A program made the position numbers and the translations under genes. Of a stretch of 64,000 bases of DNA, positions 26,007-40,410 are shown piece by piece. The stretch covers positions 116,436,001 to 116,500,000 of the forward strand of contig NC_043000.1 in assembly GCF_006345805.1 (NCBI RefSeq), read 5' to 3'. The number at the start of each line of letters is the position of its first letter. The stretch's first letter is position 1. The notes under the pieces are model-generated. The model did no database searches. It was not told the origin of the DNA and saw only the letters and a list, made by a program, of their open reading frames with translations. The stretch comes from Octopus sinensis. Its lineage: Eukaryota.

Positions 26007-26245
26007 TGCATATTATTATTATTATTATTATCATCGTAATCATTATTATTATTATTTTGCGTTTAGCTCAGGGTTGGTCTTATTCCTTTCATCATTTTCG
26101 GAGTCGATAAAATAAGTACCAGTTGAACACTGGAGTCACATCCCCAAGCTTACCTTGTGACAAAAATTTGAAATAATGAATAAAAAGGATAATAATGAAA
26201 ATAATAGTGATGATGATGATGATAATATTTATTATTATTATTATT

Positions 26246-26460
26246 AAGGCGGTGAGCTGGCAAAATCGTTAACTTGGTAGACGAAATGTTTAGTGATATT
26301 TCGCCCGTTGCTATGTTCTTAGTTCAAATTCCTCCGAGCTCGACATTCCCTTTCATTCTTTCGGGGTCCATAAATTAGGTACCAGTGAAACACTGGGGTC
26401 ATTGTAATCAACTAATTCTCTCCCACCTAATTCCAGACCGTGTGCTTTTAGTAGAAACAA
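26246..26460 (+). mobile_element. SINE family A
   Basis: aaggcggtgagctggcaaaatcgtt. Confidence 0.75.
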
Positions 26461-27108
26461 TTATTATTATTATTATTAGTAGTAGTAGTAGTGGTAGTAC
26501 TAGTATACTTAGACAAAACTATACTAATATCTAATAAATCAACATACATATTCTCCAAGGGAATCGTCAGTCGAGTACAGAGCAGTCATTCTAATTTCGT
26601 ACATACATGTGTGTGTTTGTGTGTGTGTGTAAGAGAGAAAGAGATTGAGAGAGTTCATGATCTTTTCTATTGAGATATCGTTATACCGTTGACTACGTAT
26701 AAATCATAAGAGACGATATATCATTTATCACCCAACTGTTCCCTAGGCACAACACCCATCAAAGGGTTCTCTTTACCTTCATTTTTCAAACTTCGTTCCC
26801 CACCACACACACACACACATCTCCAGATATTCTTCAGTTATATTAAAATACACTTTAGCGAAACACCGACTTTCTATTTACTTGAAATCACTGTTAATTG
26901 TAGAGTTGTTATAAAGCTTCAATTTATTTAACATGTTTCTGAAATGAGATCTACTCAACCCACGTATAATATTGCCTTTCATATTTATCTTTCGCTAAAA
27001 AGCGAATTTGTTGTTCACTCATCTGATTTACGTGGTAACTGAATTCATGTAGAAGTGGTTCAATGTTCTATTGAGGAGTTTCATTATCTATTCAAAATTT
27101 GTCTGTAT

Positions 27109-27141
<33 letters not shown>

Positions 27142-27195
27142 GAAAGATAGATAAAATTAACTTAAAGAAGATACGTGGCTTTCAAACATATAATG

Positions 27196-27238
<43 letters not shown>

Positions 27239-27267
27239 TATTTATATACGTATATGTACATACTTAC

Positions 27268-27379
<112 letters not shown>

Positions 27380-27536
27380 CTATATATATATGTATATATA
27401 TATATTATATATATACATATACAGATATACAAGAAGTAAATAGACACATTTAATTTTCAAAATTTTTAATCTAAGCGTCTTAATATTTTTCAAGCGGTGT
27501 AGAATTTACATTGTCATTTTTCTTCTTCCTTCAAGG

Positions 27537-27728
27537 TGCCATTATATCAAACAATTCAAAAGCCAAAGAAAAGAATCAACAGATTCTCGTCCAGGCCGAC
27601 CTGGGCCCTTGGAAAGGAAGCTTCACTGTTTGAAGAGAATTGTTGAAAACGAACCCTGTTCGAAGGCTTCTGACATTGCAAAACAGCTAGAAGTTAGTCC
27701 AAGAACGTGTGTTATATATCTGCATAAG
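27537..27728 (+). pseudogene. Tc1-like transposase HTH fragment
   Basis: CHYIKQFKSQRKESTDSRPGRPGPLERKLHCLKRIVENEPCSKASDIAKQLEVSPRTCVIYLHK (GRP motif and second HTH). Confidence 0.6.
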
Positions 27729-28096
27729 CAGATGTGTGTTCTTGCTCCACTTACTCCATTCTGTTATTCTAAGATGTGTATCCTTATGTGGGCATACGAG
27801 CCCATACACACACAACAACACACGCACCTGAAACCTCATGGCTGGCCATATGATGTCAATAACACAACTAACACGGTCACCAGCAGCAGCAGTGCAGAAG
27901 AATGCAAAGATAATCTGGAACTCGACTGAGGAAAAAAATCTCCGAATGACCCGTCCTTGTTTTATATGTGTCGTCAATCTGGATGTCTTGTTGTCCCCTT
28001 TTTTGTATCACTTGTCTGGATGTTTTGCGTTCTTGTCCTATTTTGTATTTTTTTATAAGTACATATATATATATAGCGGTGTACGTACACTTTCGT

Positions 28097-28151
<55 letters not shown>

Positions 28152-28789
28152 GTGTATTTATACAACCGGTGCTAGTGCGTTTACGTCCCCGTAATCTAGC
28201 ATTTCGTCAAAAGTTAAGTACTGGAGTCGGTTACTGTGATTAAAGTTCTCCAACGCAATACCCCAGCATTACCGCAGTCTAATGACTAATATAAGTAAAC
28301 GGTAGACGTACGTAAGTGTCAATATATATATAGAGGCATTTTCTCAGGTTGAGATTTGTATAATTAGTCCCGTGTAGATCTGAAAGGAATGCGTATACTC
28401 CATCTGCTGACCACATTTTATTCTGTGTTTAATACATTCAACACCCAACAAAGAGATGACTTTAACTTTGAATTTTCTATTCGTAGCAACTTCAAAGATC
28501 GTTGTGATAAATGCAATAACTTTTTTCGTTACTCTGAACAGTTATTCGCTGTTTTCTTGTGAACGCTGTCAAGTTTAACGTTAGGATTGAGTTTCTTTTC
28601 CGCATTGTCTGAAATCGAGTCTATCAGAGACGGCTTTATCTATTTTGAAATTCACACTCGAGTACAATAAAAGTATGACTATATAACTGAATTAGATCTG
28701 ATCAACTTCCGTCTCGTAAACATTGCCGTATATTGTAGGAAGCACTACACTTTCCGTGGTTTTCTTCTTTGCTTGGCCAAATTTGGTTC

Positions 28790-29290
28790 ACCCTCCATCA
28801 GGCATTTGCCATATTCTGAACGCCTTACTTCCCTGGGCATGGATACATTGAAACTCCGACATCTGGCAGCTGACTTGGCAGACACCCATAAAATTATTAA
28901 CCATCGTACAAACAATAATTCTGAACACCTTTTCGAATTCCATCTGTCTAACACCCGTGGACATGTTTACAAAGTCAGAAAACAGCACAGCTTCCATGAC
29001 TTTCGGAAAAATTTTTTCACGCTAAGAGTTGCTGAAGTATGGAACAATCTCCCGGCATCAGTTGTTAGTTGTCGGAGCACTGCATCCTTCAAAACTTCCA
29101 TGCTTCCTGAGATTCGCCAACATTACACCTGATTTTCCCCCCTCCATACACACACAAGCATGTATCTGACTCATACACTGTTCACTTTCCAGACATTTTT
29201 ACATTACTGCGATTACTTTATACGCACTTTTAACAAGTTGTGGTGCACCTGAGCACTGTATACAATAATTTTATTATTATTATTATTAAT
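28790..29290 (+). mobile_element. 5'-truncated CR1-clade LINE (second family)
   Basis: LPYSERLTSLG...TRGHVYKVRKQ...RKNFFTLRVAEVWNNLPASVV...FK; (ATT)n tail. Confidence 0.85.
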
Positions 29291-30226
29291 GTATAATTTT
29301 GTATTGAAATTTCACTGTGATATTGGGACAAGATTGTTCATGAAGTCAACGGTCAGAAATCGCAAATTCGAAGAAGTTTATATATGAAGCAGAAATCAGG
29401 CGAGGTCGCTGACGGGTTAAAATGAATCTATGGTATTTACACAGAAAGCAAAATAAAAACCATTAAATCGAGATTAAAGGTAATCCTGTAACGCGATTTT
29501 ATATTTATTACGCTGTTTATATTTTTCACACATAGCCAAACACATTCAGATAAACACACTCACACAAATGTAAGAATTGAAATATGTCGAACTACAACTA
29601 TATCTGATTTATGAATTTACCGTCCTCCATTTTCGCTTCCTATTTTCCGAACGTGTTCATTTTTATTATAATAACAAGTCGAGTGCTTGTATTTCAACTA
29701 AGCATAAGTGAAATTATACTCCTAGTCTGTTAACCACCAAAGGTTTTCAAGTTCCTGATTGCCAATTCAATTTCACAAAAAAATATTTCGATTATATTTC
29801 AAAGCAGAAATGTCTAAGTAGCTCTTACATCAAAACTTATTGGACATAAGATTTCTCAAGTTATATCGACAACGATGACTAAGAAATCTTCACGTTTTGC
29901 TGTAAATTTATTTGTTTTTAGTACATTCAAATGTTTGACAACTCACTTCTGCAAGACTTGTTTCATATTCTGAAAAAATAAAAGTAAAACAATAAAAAGA
30001 AACAGTTTTGTTAAATGATGCCTCACGTATAAGAATGAAACAGTCTGGCAGATTCTTTCGATTGTATTTCAATGATAAATTCAAAGGCAACTTCGAAAAT
30101 ACTTTCTTAAGCAATTTTCCAAAACCAGTAATACATAGATGCTAGATTGCTTTTATTTAACGACAATAGGCGACAACGATCTTTCTTACTACATATTACA
30201 TTAGACAAGAAAGTACTTTATGAAAT

Positions 30227-30526
30227 GTTCGTTTCTTCTCGAGCCACGCCTGCCTTATAAGGGCCGGTTTCCCGGTTTCCTTGGCGTATAGGTTCCCCAC
30301 CTGGACGGGACGCCAGTCCGTCGCGGGTGAGCTGCAAGATGCAGGAGGAAAGAGTGAGAGAAAGTTGTGGTGAAATGTCAGCAGAAGTTTGCCATTACCT
30401 TCTGTCGAAGCCGCATGGAGCTTAGGTGTTTCGCTCATAAACACACACATCGCCCGGTCTGAGATTCGAACCCGCGATCCCTCGACCGCAAGTCGACTGC
30501 TCTAACTACTAGTCCATGTGCCTCCA
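30227..30526 (-). mobile_element. tRNA(Arg)-like SINE family C, tail type 1
   Basis: head tggaggcacatggactagtagttagagcag...gggttcgaatc; body shared with the 57168 and 63371 copies. Confidence 0.8.
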
Positions 30527-31679
30527 CTATGGACTGTTGGGGTTTTTTGATTTTGTATTTCCTTCTTCTACGTGTGTAATATCACATGCCTTCCAGAAAG
30601 ATGAGAGCTTACAGAACTTGTAGAATATCGAACCAAACACATAACAGAATATATTTTCATCTTTTTTCCGCTTCATTTTACAAGTTAAAATACGTATTTT
30701 ATATATAATCACGCCTACACGCGATAAAGTAACTAGCAGCGGTGTTCTGGTAGCTGTGACCTAACCTACACCGAGTATTGGTCTGATGTGTATGTCAGGA
30801 ATTAATATTCAACATGTTTAATCCGTGTTCTTTATTGATTATACAATACCAGCGCGATAGTGTCCAAATCTGCAGTGATTCATTCATTCAACGAAGCAGG
30901 AATTTGAGATCTATTCAAGGGTCATCAGAACGCTTGTTGTATAATATCTCTAACAAAAACTCCCGATGAACCTTGAACATTGACCTCTGATAGAGTTCCC
31001 TTTCACTTTGGAAGAATTCTGATCAATACGTATTGAATATCTCAAATATTTCAACAGGGATGTCAGTGTATGTCAGTTACGGTTTGTCTGTTTGAATTCC
31101 TTTGTGATTTATTCTATTCTTTGTTGTCGGATTTTCTGATTGCACTTTTACTTGTTGTAGCTAACAATCACTGGCCTTCAGCTTTCTGGAACGTTTCTGA
31201 AAGAGGTTTTCCACGAGAAACCATCTGCAATCAATCCATTGGTGGCTTTCCAATTCCATATACTATTTCACATAAATTTACAGAAAACACAATATTTCTA
31301 CAGAGGCACTGGTATGTTATATATATATATATATATAGAATAATTATTTGTCTCCATCCAACCAAAATTAAAATCCCCCTCCCCACTGACAGATCTAAAT
31401 AACAAAGTGAAAATATCTACAGTCAGTGAGTAAATTTAATATTATTATGTTCTTAAGAATGAAATCAACCTCTCTGTCCGTATATCTACCCTCTTTATAA
31501 TGTTAGCAAACGAAACAGAGAAAAGAATGTGCATTGTCCGTTTGATTGGAAAATTTCTATAAGGGGCTGAAGATTGCTCGACATTTTAAAACTGATGTAA
31601 TACTTACAGTGCTTAATAAAATGAAGTAGTATGAAACGATTGTACCACATTACCTCGGATATACTTGTTGCTTATTTTG

Positions 31680-31742
<63 letters not shown>

Positions 31743-31819
31743 GGACATATATATATATATACATATATATATATACACACATACGGACATATATTATATA
31801 TATATATATACACACATAC

Positions 31820-31877
<58 letters not shown>

Positions 31878-32463
31878 TTACGTCATTTACAATCCATGCT
31901 TCGAAGTCTGGAAATTTGGTGGGTATATAAATTATATTACATATTAGATCCTAGCTTAAAGAACCAACTCTATAATAAGTCTGTAAAAGCACAATAAACA
32001 GAAAATGAATCCATTTAATGTTCCTACTGAAAGATATCTTATGAAAGCATGATCTCATCGTTTCTACAGAAGTAATGTTTTCATGACCCACACCATCTAT
32101 TGTAATATTTGCAATATTTCAAAAAGTTTTGCGTGGATGTCTGTCAGAGCAACATTATCATATAACCTAGGAATGAAACAATAAACCATATATCATTTGC
32201 CATATGAACATATAGCTAAGAGATTATCAGTTAAACATCGTTTGACGTGATAATATCTAACGTGGTATAGGAAATATCTAGATACACACCCACGCACAAG
32301 AAACACTGTACGTCACAGTGCATTATAGGCCTGTTTACTTCATAAATCTAGCTACCTCACGTAACGTGGGTGAATTTAACACATTAGAAAGATTTATTAG
32401 TGACGCCTGCATTTGTTGCTGCAACTGAAGTTGCGTTAACCAGTACCCACTCGTGTGTGTGTG

Positions 32464-32513
<50 letters not shown>

Positions 32514-32517
<4 letters not shown>

Positions 32518-32670
32518 ATCCAAAGAAGAAAGCACAAAAAAACACAACAACACGGGGACGTGGAACAAATAAGTATTATTGGACACTCAGGAAAGAAGGA
32601 GGGTTAACGTTTCGAGCGGAGCTCTTCGTCGGAAACATAGGAGAAGGAAAGATCCAGAGAAGGGAAGACA
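32514..32670 (-). mobile_element. Repeat family E with hammerhead-like motif (32603-32636)
   Basis: gttt-CCGACGA-A-GAGC-tcc-GCTC-GAAA-CGTT-aac. Confidence 0.7.
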
Positions 32671-32681
32671 TATATATATAT

Positions 32682-32712
<31 letters not shown>

Positions 32713-32714
<2 letters not shown>

Positions 32715-33165
32715 GAGTGGGGTGCTGAAAAGTTCCTTCACTTTAAGAATGTCGCGAAAATCTTGGATGGAGACGCACCTTTCCGTGTTCTTTTATACAT
32801 AATTAACTGACCCTCCTGTATTTTCTTTTAGCCAAAGTCATGACCACATCAGCACACCCTCGTGTATCTCTGTCTGTCTGTCTGCCTCTCTCTCTCTCTC
32901 TCTCTTCCTATATATATATAATATATATATAATATATATATATATTATATATTATATATTATATATATATATGAGTGGGGTGCTGAAAAGTTCCTTCACT
33001 TTAAGAATGTCGCGAAAATCTGGATGGAGACGCACCTTTCCGTGTTCTTTTATACATAATTAACTGACCCTCCTGTATTTTCTTTTAGCCAAAGTCATGA
33101 CCACATCAGCACACCCTCGTGTATCTCTGTCTGTCTGTCTGCCTCTCTCTCTCTCTCTCTCCTAT
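32713..33165. repeat. Tandem duplication (period 258 bp) of a short mariner-like MITE plus microsatellite
   Basis: unit starts atgagtggggtgctgaaaagttcc and contains catcagcacaccctcgt (imperfect TIR); the two units differ by a 1-bp indel. Confidence 0.8.
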
Positions 33166-33189
33166 ATATATATAATATATATATAATAT

Positions 33190-33225
<36 letters not shown>

Positions 33226-33276
33226 CACATTATAAGAAAGAAGAGTTGTATAATTGTTGTATAAGAGTGTATAAGA

Positions 33277-33562
33277 AAGAAGAGTGTATAATTGTGAACT
33301 ATAACGGAGAAGGTTATGGAAGAACGGATCTAGTTTTGGTTCCTCACTTGGAAATTGCAAAAGAGGACTAACCTTTTATTTTTATTGAAATTTTTAATGT
33401 TTCTGTCATGTCGCTCGGCAACAGCATTTATTGATGAAGAGATATAATATGAGTGGTTATAGTAGCTTTATAACGGTTTTGACTGCTATTTCTGGATATG
33501 TAAGGGTTTTTTCATCCCTCTCCATTATAACAGTGATTTATTCACAATTATACACTCTTCTT
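33277..33562. mobile_element. MITE-like element with a perfect 22-bp inverted repeat
   Basis: aagaagagtgtataattgtgaa / ttcacaattatacactcttctt. Confidence 0.65.
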
Positions 33563-34244
33563 TTATGATTGCATGTTCTGGCTACTGATATATTCGTAAA
33601 TAATTTTGAATTGTTCACGATATATCTTGCGTAATGTATTTCTCCATTAATTCCTATTTTACACACACACACACACACACAAACGTGTGTGTAAGTGAAT
33701 ACGTGAGTACGCCTACACACATATTAATACACACGTACCCGAAATAAATGTTCTTCCCTATCTGTTCTGATAATGTGTTTGAATTGTTATTTAAACTCTA
33801 TAATCGATTAGCATTGAATGAATACAAATGAGCCAAAAAAGTTTTAAGCTTTTCTATGTCGCCAACGAAAGCATCTAACATCTGTTAGGTGTTCGGTCTA
33901 AATTATTTGAAGATATTTTTCTTTCGTTGTTTCAAGAAAAACTTAATGTATTTGTGAACATTTAAGATCTTTGAAGAGTTTAAAGTTGTAACAGAAAAAA
34001 AGTGAGCTGATATAGAAGACAGGAAGCCATGTGCATATTGGAAAAGGATTGCCTGTATCAAAATACCGACCTCATGGTTACTGCTCAATAATCTGTGAAC
34101 ACGGTAAAGGATATAAAATGTAACTTTAACAGCTGCAACGCAAACTGCGAATCTGTGGTCAACAGTAATTGACACAAAAGTGTGTGTCTCCAGTGAAAGT
34201 AAAGACATATTGCCCCAATTATTTGACCGGGTCTTTAGACTCAG

Positions 34245-34640
34245 TTCAGACGGCTTTGTGAAGCTATCGGTGACTATGGTCAAATCCTAGCTGGAGAAGA
34301 TTACTGTCCGAAGGCCTTATGAGTGGCAGTAGGCTTCTGCTTGCCACACCTACAGAGACCATCAGAAGTGATTGTCGGAGAATTTCCACGACTTCACCAA
34401 CCCTAATTTTTAGCCTCCCAATTCTATTCTCCAATCGTAATCCTATCAATTACTATGTGTGGAGCGCAGTTGAGAAAGCCACCAAACACTCTGCCTGCAA
34501 CACCAAGACTGAGCTGGTGGCCAAGGTCAATGAGGTGCTCCAAGACTTTCTCAGAGATACATTGCGAAACGCGCACACCAGGTTTAGAAGTCGTCTGGAG
34601 GGCAACGGTGGAAGGTGAGGACAACTACACTGAGTACTTT
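34245..34640 (+). pseudogene. Tc1/mariner transposase catalytic C-terminal fragment
   Basis: RPYEWQ*ASACHT...LSENFHDFTNPNF*PPNS / NPINYYVWSAVEK...RFRSRLE. Confidence 0.8.
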
Positions 34641-34664
34641 GTTATCTCCTGGCCATTATCTACT

Positions 34665-34914
34665 CTTTTATTCTTTGATACCTTTACTTGTTTCAGTCAT
34701 TTGACCGTGGCCTTGCTGGAGCACCGCCTTTAGTCGAGCAAATCGACCCCAGGACTTATTCTTTGTAAGCCTAGTACTTATTCTATCGGCCTCTTTTGCC
34801 GAACCCCTATGTCACGGGGACGTAAACACCACCATTGGCTGTCAAGCGAAGTTGGATGGACAAACACAGACATACAAACATATACTCGCCACACACGCAC
34901 ACACACACACAAAC

Positions 34915-34947
<33 letters not shown>

Positions 34948-35085
34948 CAATATACGACAGGCTTCTTTCTGTTTCCGTCTACCAAATCCACTCACAAGGC
35001 TTTAGTCTGCTCGAAGCTATAGTAGAAGACACTTGCCCAAGGTGCTACAAAGTGGGACTGAACACGGAACCACGAGATTCGTAAG
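34665..35085 (-). mobile_element. SINE family B
   Basis: reverse complement of the 25571 copy. Confidence 0.85.
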
Positions 35086-35580
35086 CACGTTTTAAATACT
35101 TTTATCGTCGGATAGGATATCATGTGCTTATTATTTCCGTAGCGATTACGACAACAGCCACGAATGACAGAAACTAAGTAAAAATGGAGTGATTACGCCG
35201 GGAATAGAACACGCGAATAGACTGCTTTTAAAGAAGCACTTCTATAAACAAACACATTAATATATTACTCTTGAAAGCACTGCATGTAAGATAGTTATTT
35301 TCTGTTTAAAGAACACTCGACTTCCTATCAATTCTTCAATGTATATATATACATGTGTACAAGTGACAGATGATAAGAGCTATTGACAGATTCTGTATTT
35401 GTCAAAAGAGACTTTCTTTAGCATTGAGTTAGATATTGTGATAACTTATATATTAATAGTCCAAGAAGATTACGGTGAATTATCGGTTTACATATCAAAA
35501 GAAAAAAGAATACTTTTGACATTTACATAGAAATTCAATTATATCAATGAACAGTTTTTCGATAAGTGTGTAAATATATA

Positions 35581-35731
35581 GGCGCAGGAGTGGGTGTGTG
35601 GCTTCCCAACCACATGCCTTCGGGTTCAGTCCCACTGCGTGGCAACTTGTGCAAATGTCTTCTACAATAGCCTCGAGCCGACCAGAGCTTTGTGGGTGGT
35701 TTTGGCAGAGAGAACTGAAATAAGCTCGTCG

Positions 35732-35766
<35 letters not shown>

Positions 35767-35992
35767 TATATATATATAATATATATATATGTATGTATTG
35801 TGTGTCTGTCCCATCATCATCGCTTGACAACCGATGTTGGGTGTTTATGCCCCTGTACTTAGCGGTTCGGCAAAAGAGACCGATAGAATAAGCATTACGC
35901 TTACAAAGAATAAGTTTCGGGGTTGATTTGTTCGATTAAGGCGGTGCTCCAGTGTGATCGCCGTCAAATGATTAAATAATTAAAAGAATCAA
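35581..35992 (+). mobile_element. SINE family B
   Basis: ggcgcaggagtggg...ggcggtgctccagtg. Confidence 0.85.
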
Positions 35993-36067
35993 GAATATAT
36001 GCATAATATTAGATGAGATATATTTCTTTAATCTTCTGCCGGAAAACTCGCAAAATTTGTACGCGGC

Positions 36068-36382
36068 CAGCAATTTCGTGAAGCGGTTAAATCGATTAAA
36101 TCTACCCCATTATTCAACTGGTACTTATTTTATCGACCTCGAAATAAAGAATTCCTAAATTAGTTTCTGCGGAATTTGAACTAAAGACGGACGATATGAC
36201 CCGAAGCATATTTTCCGGAGCGCTAACAATTTATATTTCTTTATTGGCCACAAGGGGCTAAACATAAAGGGGACAAACAAGGACAGACAAAGGGATAGGG
36301 TTGAACTCAGGACATAACGGCAGACGAAATACGGCTACGCATTTCGCCCCGCGTGCTAACGATTCTGGCAACTCGCTACCTA
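36068..36382 (-). mobile_element. Two tandem SINE family A copies (the second internally deleted)
   Basis: head and tail motifs present; the second copy lacks the central domain. Confidence 0.7.
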
Positions 36383-37244
36383 CAATTAGCAATAAATACT
36401 GAGACAGAGGGAAGAAGAGAGAAAACGACTGGGTTAACGTTATCTAGAAGCAAGCCCAATGTTTGTGGAATGCGAAATTTGAGATATTCTCCAACACAAA
36501 GTATGTTTAACCATCTCTAACAATCAGGAATAGCTCTGGTCATCAAGAGAAAACAGACCGCATATTTCGAGAAAGTCTTATTTGCGATGTATCTGACGAC
36601 GACGAAGAATTAGATAAAAGCAATTCTTCGAAAGCAATTAGAATATGCAAGAAATTAATTCCGTATGTATGTCCATACATGTTGAAGAAATGCAAGAAAG
36701 AAACGGACAATGCTTACGTCTCTGTGTACAATACACTATTATAATGGATCAAAAGTACACAGACCATACGAGAATAAATACGCTATAAAATATGGTTTCG
36801 AGTTGTATACATATAATATAAACCCACATTCATATGAGATATTGATATTAGCACAAACAAGCGCTGTGGTGAATGTGTATCATGATATTATGCCCAGAGA
36901 CAAGTTGAATATTTTATCAGTGACGATCTGTTTCGTATTAAAACCATTGTGAAAGTCTCACCAACGATATTAATTGTCAATCAGATTTAAAGGAATATAT
37001 GTGTATATATAATAGATATAGGGTAAAGAATTATAAATTTAATAATTAATAAATCTTACCAAGTAGCTTCGTTATGGGAAAAAAAAACATTTTCGGTAAA
37101 AACTTATACAAAAAATTCTTCTACTATAATATATTGTAGTAGCAGAATTAACAGTTTTGACTACTATTTCTAAATATTCGGTATGTGGTGAAGCAACTTT
37201 TTGCTAATCCCTTAATGATGTACACACACACACAAACACACACA

Positions 37245-37297
<53 letters not shown>

Positions 37298-37483
37298 TTT
37301 GCAGACCGCACATATATATATATACCGTACATTAAATTTCATTTTTGTCTTGTAAATCAAGTCTTGCTCTATTACACATTTTATGGGTGAAACCCGAGTC
37401 ACAAAAGGAATTCAATTCGGAAAACACCTATACGTCACAGAATATATGGATATATTCATAGAATCCAAATGTATTTTGTTGTA

Positions 37484-37975
37484 CAGGGTCGGGCAAAATG
37501 ATCTGACACATTTGTAGGTTAAATAAAAGGCAAATGACATAAAGAAACAAAAAAGTGTTTTTAGTTTTGAAAAGTACAAGTAATGCCATTTTGTTTCATT
37601 ATGTTTTAAAAATTAAATCAGTCAAATGGGATCCATTATTGTCCACACACTGTCGAAGGCGTTCACGAAAGTTGTCAATAACTCGGCGGGTCATTTCATG
37701 TGGAATGGTAGTAATTTCTTGACGAATTGCTTCTTTAAGTTGTTCAATAGATCGAGGGCGATTAATGTATACCTTTGACTTGAGGTATCCCCAGAGAAAA
37801 AAATCGCACGGATTTAAATCAGAGACTTTTCTCAGACCAAAATTGAATATGCTCCACGATATGGACAATGTTTGGTTTCAACAGCATGGGGCAACAGCCC
37901 ACACTTCTCGACGTGCGATGGGGATTTTGAGGAATATGTTCCCTGGTCATTTGATCTCATTGCGTGGTGACATCA
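37484..37975. mobile_element. Tc1/mariner 3' end with TIR and an internally inverted transposase segment
   Basis: TA+CAGGGTCGGGCAAAATG end; minus strand SDLNPCDFFLWGYLKSKVY...; plus strand WFQQHGATAHTSRR...LRGDI. Confidence 0.85.
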
Positions 37976-38410
37976 TAGTCTACATTTCATAGTTTGAGAA
38001 AATTACTTAACACCTAGCTATAACTTAACTTATAAAATCTCTTTTATAAACAGAAGGCGGGAGGTAATTATACCCGTTTATGACTTCAATGATGTGAAAA
38101 TTATATATTTGCTTAATCACATTGGAGGCTCTCCTAACAAACAGTGTTATGAAGGTTTATCGCTAATTCTATTAGTCTCAATGTAGGTGCAGTAACGAAG
38201 TTTAATTTAATAGATTTAATAGGCAACAACTAAACGCGAAACCAGATAAACGTTTGTGCGAAACACACGAAAAATTACACACGCGTTCACGAAAACACAC
38301 ATATTGACACACACACAGACAAAAACATTCAAGCACAAAGGCACACAAACACACAAAATATTTATTATTATATATATATATAATATATATATACACACAA
38401 CCACACACAC

Positions 38411-38451
<41 letters not shown>

Positions 38452-38479
38452 TATATATATATATATATATGATATATAT

Positions 38480-38690
38480 AAGGTTAATCAAACGGGAAAC
38501 AGAAAAAAACAACAACACGTGGAACAATTAAAGTATTATTATTAGGCGCTCAGGAAAAAGGGAAGAAGGAGGGGGTATGACGTTTCGAGCGGAGCTCTTC
38601 GTCGGAAACATAAGAAAGGAAGAAAGAAAGATCCCGAGGTGGGAGAAAGGAGGGAAAAAAACGCAACTGGTTTTTACGAGGTAAACATGC
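38480..38690 (-). mobile_element. Repeat family E with hammerhead-like motif (38575-38612, GUC triplet)
   Basis: CCGACGA-A-GAGC-tcc-GCTC-GAAA-C-GTC|atac. Confidence 0.7.
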
Positions 38691-38726
38691 TGAGACACAC
38701 ACACACACACATATATTATATATATA

Positions 38727-38759
<33 letters not shown>

Positions 38760-38771
38760 TCACACACACAT

Positions 38772-38811
<40 letters not shown>

Positions 38812-39351
38812 GTTCACACACACATATACATATATATATGTGTGTATATATATATATATATATACATTCACACACACATATACATATATAATATGTATAT
38901 AATATATATATACATACATTCACACACACATATACATATATAATATAGTGTGTATATATATATATATATATACATTCCCACACACACATATACATATATA
39001 TATGTGTATATATATATATAACGTTCACACACACACATACAAATATATATAATAATATATATATATATATATATATACATACATTCACACACACATATAC
39101 ATTATATGTATATATATATATATATATACATCACAACACACACACATATACATATATATATATGTACTATATATATATATATATCTATCATTCCACACCA
39201 CATATATTGTATATATATATATATACATTCACACACACACATATACATATATATATGTGTGTTGTTATTATATATATAGGAGAGAGACTGATATGTGCGT
39301 GTATATATATGTGTGTGTGTGTTTGCATATGTATACATATATGTACCACAC

Positions 39352-39407
<56 letters not shown>

Positions 39408-39477
39408 CAAACTCGCTAGTGAAGGAAAAGGAGGGTGGGGGAGAGAGAGGGGAAACATAGTTAGATAGACAGATAGA

Positions 39478-39514
<37 letters not shown>

Positions 39515-40089
39515 CGGTTAATTGAGTAATCCGATTGCTTTCCATAATGCAACCGTAAACATTTTTTGCTTCGAAGATTCTCGGTGTTTCAACCGTTCGC
39601 AAATATATGTAAGGATTCTGAAATACTTCGGAGAAAATATCTACATTTCTCTAAATAATTAATGTTTCCATTATGATTTAATATTAAAAAAATCTCATCT
39701 GTTTTACTCCTTGTACGTAGCAAAGTAACTGATAGCACGTTCAACCAAAAAAAAAGGAACTTATTATATAAGGATTTATACATATATACCTCATATTTAT
39801 ATTAATATTTTTTTAAATATGTATTTGATATCTAATGTATTTGCGATATTGAGATGATGATACGCACCCAAACTACCAAAAGTAAGGAGATCAACATGAG
39901 AAACACGTGCGTATCACTCACTTCTCCAAGAACACACAGGCAGATAGCACACGCGCGCGAACAGAATACATGCGCACACATACACACACGCAGCACACGG
40001 AAGCATACACGCACGCACACACGCAAACAAATTGCTTGAATACAAGTGAAAATTTCTGAATGAAAATTACCGCAATATTTCAGCTTTAC

Positions 40090-40410
40090 AAGGCGGCGAG
40101 GTGGCAGAACAGTTAAGCACGCCGGGAGAAATGCTTAGCGCTATTTCGTCTGCCGTTACGATCTGAGTTCAAATTCCGCGCAGGTCGACTTTGCGTTTCA
40201 TCCTCTCGGGGTCGATAAATTAAGTACCAGTTATGCACAGGAGTCGATGTAATCGACTTAATCCGTTTGTCTGTTCTTGTTTGTCCCCTCTGTGTTTAGC
40301 CCCGGTGACTCGTGGAGCTTTAGGTGTCTTTACTCAATAAACACTCACAACACCCGGTCTGGGAATCGAAACTGCGATTCCACGACCGCCAGTGGGCCAA
40401 TGCGACTCCA
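40090..40410. mobile_element. SINE family A (+) joined to a SINE family C head fragment (-)
   Basis: family A runs to about 40303, then cgtggagctttaggtgt...gggaatcgaaac. Confidence 0.75.

Noticed and set aside
36592-36645. ctgacga...gaagaatt/aattcttc-gaaa hammerhead-like string
   Set aside because: Extra GAC repeats break the core spacing and there is no convincing stem I or III.
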